Positions 35,555 through 48,695 of a stretch of 64,000 nucleotides of DNA are shown here, piece after piece. Where the stretch lies: positions 5,642,001 through 5,706,000 of the forward strand of contig NC_089429.1 in NCBI RefSeq assembly GCF_026210795.1, in the 5' to 3' direction. Positions within the stretch are counted from its first letter, which is position 1. Each line of letters starts with the position of its first letter. The position numbers were made by a program, and so were the translations under genes. Source of the DNA: Rhizophagus irregularis (lineage: Eukaryota). Below the pieces are notes generated by a model that had not been told where the DNA came from, searched no databases, and saw only the letters and a program-made list of their open reading frames with translations.

Positions 35555-37067
35555 ATGTATGATAATAAATTTTTACCAAAATTATCACAAAATTTACTTG
35601 AAATTTTAAAAGATAATGAATTTTATGATATTACTATTGAAGTTGGTGATGACCCTTACGTAAAAATTTTTCGAGCTCATATGGTCATTTTAAATTATCG
35701 TTCCACTTATTTGCGAAGAATCTTATCAACTAGCGTTAGTAGAAATAATAATGATGGAAGTTTGACACATATTAAATTACCAAATATTTCACCGGAAATT
35801 TTTGAAATGGTCTTAAGGTGAGAGAATTGAAGTAAAAAGTTAGCGATTTTTTTTTTTAAAAAAAATAAAAAAATAGTTTAAATTTTTCAAATTTTTCGTT
35901 TAATATTTTCGGTTTAGATATATCTATGGGGGAAGACTTTCTTTAGAGGAATATGATACTTCGGATATAATTAAAATTTTGGTCGCTTCCAGTGAACTTA
36001 GTCTTCAAGAATTAATCCTTCATTTACAATTATTTTTGATCGAAAATAAAAAAAATTGGATGGAACAAAATTTTAACTTGATATATAAAACAAGTTTTGA
36101 AAATGATTCTTTCTTGAAATTACAAAATTTTTGTACAGAATTAATATCTAAAGAACCAGAAAAAATTTTTAATTCAGTCGATTTTATTTCACTTTCAGAA
36201 AAATGTTTGATTTCTCTTATTCAACATAATAATATTCAAAAGAATGTTATTCGAGTTTGGGAACATGTACTTAAATGGGGTATCGCTCAAAATTCTGAAC
36301 TTTCTTCAGATCCTTCTAGTTATTCAAAAGATAATTTTATTACTTTAAAAAATAATTTGCAACAATTTATTCCTTTTATTAATTTCTTTAATTTAACTTC
36401 CAAAGAATATTTAGATAAAGTATATCCGTACAAAAAAGTCATACCAAAAGATTTACGTGAAAATTTATTTAAATATTTTATGGATCAGCAAAGTAATACC
36501 CCAGAACCAAAGATAATAATCAAAGAGACTAGTTCAAAAAGTATTGATTCAAAAATCATTACAATCCAACATGCTGAATTAATATCGAGATGGATTGATA
36601 GATTAGAGATTACTGACAGGATGGAAAATTCATATGACTTTAAGTTGATTCTTCGTGGATCTCGTGATGGGTTTTTGCCTAGTAAATTCCATGAGATTTG
36701 TGATAATCAATCTCATACTATAACAATTATTAAAGTGGAAGATAGCAACGAAATCCTTGGAGGATATAATCCGATCGTATGGAAATCTGATGATACATTT
36801 GGCGCTACTGAAGATAGTTTTATATTCTCTTTTAAGGATAAGGAAAATATTGAAAATTATATTTTAAGCCGAGTAAAGAGTGAACAATTTGCTATATACA
36901 ATAGCTCTGTAACGGGTCCATGTTTTGGTGATGGTGACCTTGAATTGAGTGTAGAAAATTACAATCAAGGTTGTTATTATTCTGAAGTTTATGACAAACA
37001 AATTAGAGAAACCGAAGATAATTTTTCTGTAGAAGAATATGAAATATTTCAAATCATAAAAGATTAA
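35555..37067 (+). CDS. BTB/POZ-BACK-TLDc protein B, exons 35555-35817 and 35918-37067, 470 aa
   Basis: Same motifs and intron position as copy A. Confidence 0.92.
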
Positions 37068-39246
37068 TTAATATTTCTAATGATTAAAGGTGCCAATGTA
37101 TATATCCTGTATGATATATATATATTTCTTGTTATTTATTATTCTTATTTATCGGGTTAATTAAAATTCTATTGTTCGCGGATTATTCAAAATATATATT
37201 GTTTATTTATATTATATACTTTTACATAAGTCTAACGAGAGTTATAAATTGAAGTATTATTATTATTGTATATTTTGTATTTTGACAGTAAAATATTTAT
37301 TAAAAATGAAAATAAAAAAAAAATATTTTGGTGATAATTTAAATAATAGTAATGCAACATTATGAATCGAAAATTGATTTAATAAATTGAATTATTCCAG
37401 ATATTTCTTAATTTTCTCTCGTTGTAATCTCGCTCAGTAAAATTCGGCCACGGATCATGAAATTTTTATGTAGATCGGACCACGTGATTTTCATATAGAA
37501 ATATGTGAAATTCCATACGTTACATTCCCATATATTTATCCTACGACTCCTACATTCGAATTACAGGGTATTTGGAAATATTGGAACTATTCAGATTTCC
37601 ATATAATTCCACATGGAATTCCATGTGGATTTTACGTTTTACGTGGTAAACATTTCCTGATGAAGTCTGATTAAAGTTACTCCTTTTACATCAGCGCAAT
37701 CAAAGTTCAAATCTTTCCAGTGATTTTTTCATCCCCACAGAGATAAAATCCTTCACACATACATCCTTCTGTGATTTATAAGTAACATTCTCATACATGT
37801 CTTCCATATTTTGATCACCTTCAAAATGTTTACTGAACGTTTGGCAATCATACCATCTTCGCAAAACATCAGTACTCTTAATATTGTAAGGAAAAAGCCA
37901 TATGTAAATTTTGACCATTATTCTTTATAAAAGACGGAGTTTTTCCAAGGAGTTCGCCCTAAAAGAAATAAAAAAGAACGTTAATAAACGTTCTCAAATT
38001 AAAAAAAAAAATAATAAATATTTACCGGTACAATTTCAAGCCGTTCAAGGCTCCAATTCCAGTTTCCAAGGAGTCCGCCCTAAAGAGATAAAAAAAATTA
38101 AAAATATTTACCGAAATTTTGTAAAAATTTAGTGGAAAAAATTCAGGTTCTTTTCTTTATTAATAAATGGACTTGAAATAATATACAAACCTTCATTTAT
38201 AATTGTTACTAATTTCAACATAAAGTTCGAGTTTAAAATTGGCGTCAATTAATAAAATTTATTAGTGCTCTTATTCTACACTTGCAATATTATAAGTAAA
38301 TAAATTTGGTATATGGTTTTACGATAGGGAATAGGTTGGATAATTACTTCGTAACTCTAAAGAAAAACACTAATTAATAATATTAATAATGATAACAATC
38401 TTTAAAATTATTTTTTTTTAAAAATAGTACTAACCGCATAAGATTTTACAATTTCGGGCATATGTTTACGATACATGTCAGGAGCTATAAAGGCTCCAAT
38501 TCCTCCAATAAATAAATAAATATTAATAACTACAGTACAATATTGTATTTTCGATCGTAATTACTGTTAATAGAACCATTTATCATCTCTCAATGATTTT
38601 GAAGTTCACTAAATCTATTTATTTTTTGCATAATATTTTATTTTTATTGTATCAAAAACTTTTTTCGTGGATAAAAGAAAAAATAATAATGTGTATAGAA
38701 AGACAAAAGCCATATAAAAATTTTATCCACAAAATCGATAAATTCTTGATATAAAGTTTTTAATTCTGGAAATAGGAGCCTTTTCGGAAAAAAGATAGAA
38801 TATAAAACGGATGACTTTTTTTATAGGGAAGAGAAACATTCACCTCTTCTTCCTACTTGATCATTACGAATCGCAATTGCAAAGCTGATGACAACTACAT
38901 TGAAGAAGAGGATAACTATATCCTACCTATAAAAAATTTTTCAGAAAAATGATCACGTGTTAAGTTTCTTCGGAAAAAAACTAGAAAAATGATCAGTTAT
39001 CGAAGTTTTTTCCAGAATTTTATTTATAGCATAGTTAGGGATAAACTATGATGGTACAACAATGAAAACGTTCATTACGATGATGATGACGATGCGAAAG
39101 TTTAATAATCATGTGATTAACCTTGAGTCAGGTGTTTCGGTATTTTTGGGGTTTTGGGGACGAAATTTACCAATAAATCATTTATTATAGCTTGACGCGA
39201 CAGTTCAACAATATTCTACTTTATCTCTCGCTCGAAAGTACTAATA

Positions 39247-40769
39247 ATGTATGATAATAATTTTTTACCAAAATTATCTGAAAATTTACTTGAAATTTTA
39301 AAAGATAATGAATTTTATGATATTACTATTGAAGTTGGTAATGACCCTTACGTAAAAATTTTTCGAGCTCATATGGTCATTTTAAATTATCGTTCCACTT
39401 ATTTGAGAAGAATCTTATCAACTAGCGTTAATAAAAATCAAAATGATGGAAGTTTGACACATATTAAATTACCAAATATTTCACCAGAAATTTTTGAAAT
39501 GATCTTAAGGTGAGAATTGGAGTAAAAAATTTAGCGATTTTTTTTTTAAAAAAAAAAACGAATATTTTTAATTTTACGAAAATATTCAAATTTTTCGTTT
39601 AATATTTTCGTTTTAGATATATCTACGGGGGAAGACTTTCTTTAGAAGAATATGATACTTCAGATATAATTAAAATTTTGGTTGCCTCCAGAGAACTTGG
39701 TCTTAAAGAATTAATCTCTCATTTACAATCCTTTTTGATCGAAAACAAAAAAGATTGGATGGAACAAAATTTTAACTTGATATATCAAACAAGTTACGAG
39801 AATGATTCTTTCTTGAAATTACAAAATTTTTGTACGGAGTTAATATCTAAAGAACCAGAAAAAATTTTTAATTCATTCAACTTTATTTCACTTTCAGAAA
39901 AATGTTTGATTTCTCTTATTCAGCATGATAATATTCAAAAGAATGTTATTCAAGGTTGGGAACATGTGCTTAAATGGGGTATCGCTCAAAATCCAGAACT
40001 TCCTTTGGATCCTTCTAGTTATTCAAAAGATGATTTTATTACTTTAAAAAATACTTTACAACAATTTATTCCTTTTATTAAATTTTTTAATTTAACTCCT
40101 AAGGAATACTTGTATAAAGTATATCCATATAAAAAGATTATACCAAAAGATTTACGTGAAAATTTATTCAAACATTTTATTGATCAACCGAAAAATAATC
40201 CAGAACCAAAGATAATAACCAAAGAGACTAGTTTAAAAAATATTGATTCAAAAATCATTACAATCAAACATGCTGAATTAATAACGAAATGGGTTGATAG
40301 ATTAGAAATTACTGACAAGATGAAAAATTCATATGAATTTAAATTGATTCTTCGTGGATCTCGTGATGGGTTTTCGCCTAATAAATTCCATGAGATTTGT
40401 GATAATAAATCTCATACTATAACAATTATTAATGTGGGAGGGAGCAACGAAATCCTCGGAGGATATAATCCGATAATATGGAAATCTGATCGTAGCTTTG
40501 GCATTACTAAGGATAGTTTTATATTCTCTTTTAAGGATAAGGAAAATATTGAAAATTATATTTTAAGCCGAGTAAAGGATGAAAAATATGCTATTGAAAA
40601 TGACACTAGATTTGGTCCATCTTTTGGTGATGGTGACCTTAAATTGCGTGGAAATAATTATAGTTGGAGTGTTTGTTGCTATACCGGATTTTATGACAAA
40701 TTTATTAGAGAAGCCAGCGGTTTGTTTTCTGTAAAGGAATATGAAATATTTCAAATCATAGAAGATTGA
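39247..40769 (+). CDS. BTB/POZ-BACK-TLDc protein C, exons 39247-39509 and 39617-40769, 471 aa
   Basis: Same motifs and intron position as copy A. Confidence 0.92.
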
Positions 40770-41638
40770 TTAATATTTCTGATTAGCATTCTTCATGATA
40801 TATATATATATTTCTTGAAGTCTTTATTTTTTGTTTTATATATTAGTTGTTTATATTGTATAGTTTACATAATCTAGAATTGAAGTATGTATTGGCTCCA
40901 AGGCAAATTGTATATTTTGTGTTTGAATGAAAATAAAAAATATTTTTTGGAGGTGATAATTTAATAACTGTATAGTTAATAACGCAACATTATGAATTGA
41001 ATATTGATTTAGTAAATTGAATTCCCCTCGCTGTGATTTAATTCATTTTTGCATCAGAATTTTATTATCGGAACTGATAAATGTATTTTTGATAATAGTA
41101 AAAAAAAAATTATCATAAAATGAATGAAAAAAGTTTAAGTTCTCTTTAATCAATATTTGAAAATTTATAAATCTCGACATAAATTTCGAATTTAAATTGG
41201 CGTCAATTAATAAAGATTTATTAATGCTCTTATTATACACTGCAATATTATAAGTAAATAAATTTGGTATACGGGTCTATAAAGGCTTAATAAATAAATA
41301 TTAATCATAACAAATTGTATTTTCGATCGTAATTACTACTTATTATTAGTAAGACATCCGTTTATCGCTCAATGTTAATTTTAATTATTATTGCGTGATA
41401 TTTTATTTTTTATTGTATCAAAAACTTTCTTTCGTGGATAAAAACAATTAGCGATGTGAACAAAGCCACTTCTTCATAAACTCGACCGGAGCAGATTACT
41501 CTTAATAATCACGTGATTTAACCTTGAGTCAGGTGTTTCGGTATTTTTGGTGCCGAAATTTACCAAATAAATCAATAAATCGAATATTTATTGTAAGGGT
41601 CAACAATATTCTACTTTCATTTCTTGAACGTACTAAAA

Positions 41639-43157
41639 ATGTACGATAATAAATTTTTACCAAAATTATCACAAAATTTACTTGAAATTTTAGAAGATAA
41701 TGAATTTTGTGATATAACTATTGAAGTTGGTAATGACCCTTACGTAAAAATTTTTCGAACTCATATGGTCATTTTAAATTACCGTTCCCCTTATTTGCGA
41801 AAAATTTTATCCACTAGCGTTAATAAAAATAAAAATGATGGAAATTTGATACATATTAAATTACCAAATATTTCACCGGAAATTTTTGAAATGATTTTAA
41901 GGTGAGTAAAAACTTAGCGTTTTTTTTTTCAAAAAAAAGAGTAATTTGAATTTTACTGAAATATTCAAATTTTTTCGTTTAATATTTTCGTATAGATATA
42001 TTTATGGAGGGAAACTTTCTTTGGAGGAATATGATACTTCGGATATAATTAAAATTTTGGTTGCATCCAAAGAACTTGGTCTTAAAGAATTAATCGTTCA
42101 TTTACAATCATTTTTGATCGAAAAAGAAAAAAATTGGATGAAACTAAATTTTAATTTAATATATAAAATAAGTTTTGAGAATAATTCCTTCTTGAAATTA
42201 CAAAAATTCTGTACAGAATTAATGTCTAAAGAACCAGAAAGAATTTTTAATTCGATCGATATCAATTCAATTTCAGAAAAATCTTTGATTTCTTTTATTC
42301 AACAACATGATAACGTTCAAACGAATGTTATTCAAGTTTGGGAACATGCACTTAAATGGAGTATCGCTCAAAATCCTGGACTTCCTTCAGACCCTTCAAA
42401 CTACTCAAAAGATGATTTTATTACTTTAAGGGGTTCTTTGCAACAATTTATTCCTTTTATTAAATTTTTTAATTTAACTCCTAAGGAATACTTGGATAAA
42501 GTATATCCATATAAAAAGATTATACCGAAAGATTTGCGTGAAAAATTATTCAAACATTTTATTGATCAACCGAAAAATAATCCAGAACCAAAGACAATAA
42601 CTGAAGAAACTACTAATTCAAAAAATATCGATTCAAAAATCATTACAATCCAACATGCTGAAATAATTTCGAAACGGATTGATAAATTGAATATTACTGA
42701 CAAAAATTCATATGAATTTAAGTTGATTCTTCGTGGATCTCGTGATGGATTTTCATCTCAAAAATTTCACGAGATATGTGATAATCGATCTCATACTATA
42801 ACGATTGTTAAAGTAAAAGATAGCAACGAAATCCTTGGTGGTTATAATCCGATCGTATGGAAATCTGATGGCGGATTTGGCGCTACTGAAGATAGTTTTA
42901 TATTCTCTTTTAAGAGTAAGGAAAATATTAAAAATTATATTTTAAGTCGAATATCAATACTTCTTGGAGATTATGCTATATACAATCACATTGATTACGG
43001 ACCATCATTTGGTGAATATGACCTTATTTTATTTGGAAACAATTGTTATGAAAAGAGCTATTGTAATTATTCTGGATATTATGACGAATCAATTAGAGGA
43101 ACTAAAGATTATTTTTCTGTTGAAGAATATGAAATATTTCAAATTATGAAAGTTTGA
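41639..43157 (+). CDS. BTB/POZ-BACK-TLDc protein D, exons 41639-41901 and 41996-43157, 474 aa
   Basis: Same motifs and intron position; most divergent copy. Confidence 0.92.
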
Positions 43158-43771
43158 TGTACTTTAATGATTAAAGATGCCTTGTATACATATATTATTT
43201 ATTTACTTATTATTAAATAAAATGATATTTTGTTATTAGTACCATTTAGGGTGGTAAAAAATTTGTTTATCGATGAATTCGCGAATAACAATATATTAAT
43301 TTATATTACTCACGAAAGCTAAATTCATGTAAAATCATATGTTATTATTATTTGTGTTTTGCAAGACAAATCGTATATTTTGCATTTTAGGCGGTAAATT
43401 TTTAATAACAACATAATATTTTTGAGGAAAAAATCTAATAATACATTTTCTTTACATTACGGCTAAAAATATTGATTTATTGTAGTACTATTACTAATAT
43501 ATGAATTGGAAATTGATTCAACTGATTTCAATTAGAAATTTAATTCTTCGACCTTTCTCGTTAAAATTCAGTATTTTCATTATTGGCCTTTTGTCTTAAG
43601 TGTTTTATCATGATTAGCTAGTAAGTGTTCGTGTGATTCAGACTGTAAGACACAAAATAAGGTGGTGAGACATCAAAATTAGGTCAACACTCAACATTTC
43701 TTTTATTTTGAATCGATTATAATGATACGATATTACGATATCACAATTTTCCGGGCCGGTCCACTGCCGGT

Positions 43772-44522
43772 CCACAAAATTTACTTGAAATTCTAGAAGA
43801 TAATGAATTTTATGATATAACAATTGAAGTTAGTAATGACCCTTATGTAAAAATTTTTCAAGCTCATATCAGATATAGGTCATTTTTAAATTATCGTTCT
43901 CCTTAATTGCGAAGTATTTTATCGACCAATGCTATCAAAAAGAAAGATGATGGAATTTGGGCACATTAAGATATCAAATATTTCACCGGAAATTTTTCAA
44001 GTGATCTTAAGGTGAGAGAATTAAAGTAAAAAATTTAGCGATTTATTTAAAAAGAAAAAATATACATATCAGATATAGTATATATATATCACATATATTT
44101 TTAATTTTTTCTAAAGAATATTTAGAACCGTATAAAAAAATTATGCCAAAAGATTTGCGTGTAAGTTTATTTTATGGATCAGCCAAATAATAACCTAGAA
44201 CAAAAGACAATAATTAAAGAAACTTCAACATGCTGAAATAATCTCGAAATAAATCGATAGATTAAGAATAATTTGATTCTTCGTATCTCGGATGTGTTTT
44301 CGCCTAGTAAATTTCCCATGAGATTTTGTGATAATCAATATATTTCATCGTAACAATAATTAAATGAAATATGGAAAAGAAATTCTTGAAGGATATAATC
44401 TGATGATGTGAAGATCAACTGATCAAGTTATACTAGTAGCATCACTAAAGGTAGTTTTATATGAGAATAATATTGAAGGGTATGTTTTAAGCCAAGTGAA
44501 AGATGAGAAATATGCAAGACAT
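43772..44522 (+). pseudogene. BTB-TLDc pseudogene with large internal deletions
   Basis: cacaaaatttacttgaaattctagaagataatg..., donor ttaaggtgag retained, pieces of exon 2 (aaagaatatttaga, gattcttcgt, ttttaagccaagtgaaagatg) with stops and frameshifts. Confidence 0.85.
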
Positions 44523-44684
44523 AGCAAGGATTATTGCTTTCCTTCGAAATGTCATTCTTCCTTAATTATTTATGACAAGACAAAGAATGGAGGGATTAGT
44601 AGTAGTTGTAGTTTAGCACATTTAATAATTGTTTCGCGCCACATCATACCATTATTAAGCACGCCCGTACAATAACATACAAAT

Positions 44685-44975
44685 GAAAAATCTGCGATGT
44701 AACTTCCATTCGTTCTTCTCGAGCATCATCCTTGATGCTTGATTCGCTTCCACATTTTTTATGCCGGGAATATGTTCCGCTATTAGTTTCAGATTGCGTT
44801 TCAAACACAACGTCCACAAATTCTCTGCGATCTTTGAGAGATCCGCCCTGATGATTGATATAGGCTACACATGTCGTGTTGTCTGTTCGAATCAAAACCG
44901 TTTGGTTCACCAGCTCCTTGAACGCGAGAATGGAGAACTGAATTACCTTCAGTTCCAGAATTTGATGTGAAGATG
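44685..44975 (-). mobile_element. DIRS-type retrotransposon RNase H fragment
   Basis: LELKVIQFSILAFKELVNQTVLIRTDNTTCVAYINHQGG, then after a frameshift IAENLWTLCLKRNLKLIAEHIPGIKNVEANQASRMMLEKNEWKL. Confidence 0.85.
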
Positions 44976-46649
44976 ATATTTTAATGATTAAAGTATTTCC
45001 GATGTTTTGTTATGTAAAGCACCATGAAACTTCTACACGAAATCAATGAGAAGTCAAAATTTAAGTCTATTAGTTACGGAAAAAATTTCATATCTGTATT
45101 TTGCGTAATAATCTTCAAATAAAGATATTATTATATAATATTGAAGTTTGTTTAAAATAAATTTCCTTTAACCATTTGTATGAATTGGGTAATTGTTGTA
45201 GTAAATCGATATAATATTTTATGTAGTAATGGATGTCTAATAAGCTTGATCAATGGATCAAAAAGATGCGCTCCTCTTGTGTCCTCGACATGACATCGCA
45301 TTGATACTAAAACAATTAATATTACTACATATTAAGTAGATAAAATTAAACGTTCTTTTAGTAGAGTACCACGTCAATGTTAATTTTCCGTAATCACGAT
45401 CAATTTATATATTTTGCTGCCTATATTAAAATTTAAAAGGCATATCATTATTGAGTTTGTTAGTAAATTATCTTCTTTACTCGTTATTATATGCGATAAG
45501 TAAAATCTCGTTCGGAAACTTGCTGCCTCAATTGTAACTTCAAAAATTAAAAAATCAAGGTCCCAGATTTTTCGAGTTTATCATTATAATTCTTGAATTT
45601 AGAAACAATAAAATCAATGAGTTTAGAGTTGGTACCACTTATGATAATATCTTATCAAATTGTACAGCATTAGAATTTTTTGGAAATAAATAAAATTATA
45701 AATTAGGATATTAAGTTTATAACGCCTGATTATTTTCTCACAACAGTCATCTTTTAGGATCGAGAATTCATGGATCAGATGGCACACTTACTGCTGCGTT
45801 ACCACGATAATCAATGATTTTTGTGATTTTTTTAGCCTTTTAATATTAATATATTTTTTTTAAAAAAAAATTTCTTTTCATCTTTTTATGGATCAGATGG
45901 TACACTTACTATTGCTGTACTATAGTGAGCGCCAATTTTAACTTTTACTCGCTCTTTCCGCGATCATTTAACCAAAAAAATTTATTAAAGAAAATTTTGT
46001 GTTTTTTAATGAAATTAGCGTCCATAAATAAATATTTTCAATATATTGGAAGTTTATCGGTATTCGGTATAAGATTTGAAAATTAAATAGATTGAGTTTT
46101 TGATAAACCTACTACAAAGAACCCATACTTTTTCCGAAACATAATCCAAAAATTAGGTTAAATATAGAAGCAGTCAAACTTTTATTAAAACGTGACGAAG
46201 AAAAAATAGCATACACATTGTATCAAAAATATATTAAGACCACTGGCACCGTGAGGCGCAGCAGAAACAGAAGAAACTTCAAAAAATTCGCCAAAAAGAA
46301 AAAAAAAGAGAGGATGCAGCGGATTTTGGTTTAAATTCTTTTTTATTGCGTTAACATGACTTGATATATGTAATAATGTATAGTTTGCGGTTAATTTCAT
46401 TGATTTGTATTTAATTTTTTTTTTATCATAAAAACCAATCACGAGAACCTAGCAGCGAATCCCGAAAGAATCCAATCCAGACGGTGAATCACCCAAGATT
46501 AAATTCGACCCCTGCTTTATCGTCTCATGACTAACTAAACTATACTAAACTAAATATCAAAGAAATCTTTTATAATTTCTGTTGGTAATTTTTTTTTTAA
46601 CGCGAAATCACGTGACTTCAGCTAAGATTGATTAATTTATCTGATCTAT

Positions 46650-48415
46650 TCACATCTTCCACCCTCCATCTCTTCTGATATTACTTTTCTTTTGGACTTT
46701 ATATTTTTCTCATCCAGTTCTCTATGAAATCATTATTCAATATCGTAAATTTTTGTATCCCGCCACGTGATTATTAATGATTCTTTCTTTAACTCTACCT
46801 AACCATTCCGCCCTCGGAAGTGAATTACGTTCCATCTTAAATCCTTCATTGCTTTCTTTTCTATCGCTTCCCATTCCATTTCCTCTCCGCACTCTTTAAA
46901 AATATTCTTCAATTCCTCCACTTTTGGTGTGATGCTTTCCCTGCATGTATCATTGTAAATCTCTCATTCACCGCTTTCAACGCTTCTACATTTTTCTTAC
47001 TCGTCTCCCATCCTAATAACGGTGGTGAAAGCACAGTATAACGTTCGTAGGGAATTTTCATCTTCGGCACGTTCTTCATTTCATCTCTTTGATCGTTAAT
47101 AATTTTCACGACCTCTTCTATAGTAACGTTATCTTTTTGTAATTTCTTACTGGTTATTATGTCCCGCTCAACATCCTCCTCTACTCCTCTATATTTCTTT
47201 ATCACATCTACTACCTCATTATCCGTTTACATTATTCCCACGATTCTGTATAACCTTCATTGGTCTTTTTTGTACTTTGATACATACTAATGCCACCCAA
47301 TTCTGAAAAAACTCTTTGTGGTGGCGTGTCCAATAAAGGTCCAGTAACTCTATCATTTTTTCGCTCTTCTTCTATCTTCTTATTATCGACCTTAACAACG
47401 TCCCTTTTCTTTTCTCGTTTTTCAGCTCGATATTCTCCTTGAAATTTCTTACTTTCCATATTTTCTCCGAATTCCTCTGTTCTATTGATCGTTCCACCAA
47501 CTGTTCCATTGATTTTTGATCCTTAAGATATGCTATTATTTTCCAATTTTTTGATATTTTTAGGATCTTAGAAAACATGCCAACTGACGATTCTTGATTA
47601 AAAAACTCGTATTCGTTATTATTACATTCTCCCATTTCTTCAAGAGTGAGATCTCTAATTAATTGCCAACGGTCACGCTCCCATTTTACTATCTTCTTAT
47701 ACCACCTAATCCAGTGTTTGTTAATACCAATACTACCGAAAGAGTTATTTGCGGTAAAATTTTATATTTATATTGGACCTTTACTTTAATACTAAAAACT
47801 TTCCCTAACTTAGACAGCCAATACCTTCATCTTTCCAATGCTTCAGAAAAATATGTCACGTGATTTTTGTATATTAATTAATCAAATCTTGATCTTCAAC
47901 CAAAACCGGAATTTCTGTGATCCGGCTGTGAATTCAATTCACACCCGTTCCTACAATTTTTCTTCTCCACCAAGTTGGCATCGCCTCAATTTCGAAAGGG
48001 TTTGACGCGATTTGGTTTTCAGTTGATAGAATTGCTTTCGGTCTTAATATATAGGATCTTTATAATTTTTTACTGTAACTTTGTTCACTTTGAGAAATAA
48101 AAATAAAAAAAAAACCGGAATTTATGTGATCAACTACTTTTCTTTTTTCGTGCTGATCGACTAGTTTTCTTTCCGTTTTTGTTTGGAGTGGATCTTGATT
48201 TCTTTGTTCGCAACATAACCTCTTTTTCCATAAAAATCTCTTTCCTTAATCCATCTATTACATCATAATTCTTGCATATTATTCGTTCCTTATCCTCTAA
48301 CACACTTTCCTTATTTATCTTAGATCTCTTTATCTCTTCACGTGCTTTCCTCGTAATTTCTCGCACTCGAAAGTCTTGCAATTTCATCTATATATATGTC
48401 AAAGGACATTCTCGT
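46650..48415 (-). mobile_element. Degraded retroelement gag/ORF1-like coding relic
   Basis: Series of broken, K/E/R-rich minus-strand ORFs (46909-47205, 47232-47459, 47372-47635, 48130-48387) with strong purine skew and a VRECPL knuckle-like remnant near 48400; family not firmly identified. Confidence 0.35.
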
Positions 48416-48695
48416 ACAACTTATTAACAAAGTATTTATAGTTATTCTTTGTAATCCTGTAGACATTTTGTATTTAATATATAAATTAAATAAATAAAAT
48501 ATCAAAAAATGTTAACGAAATTAGAAAATAACAAAATGATCGACAAAATGATCGACAAAAAAAAATCCTTGATAAGCCCTAATGTTACATGACATAAATC
48601 GTACGACAATATTTGGTTATTTATACCGTGATTGTGAAATGTGATCCTTTTCTTTTTTCTCACTCTTCTCTCTCTTTCGCTTACAATCTTACAAT

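Noticed and set aside
45770..45925. Direct repeat atggatcagatgg.acacttact (two copies ~118 bp apart)
   Set aside because: Only two copies, no termini or TSD identified
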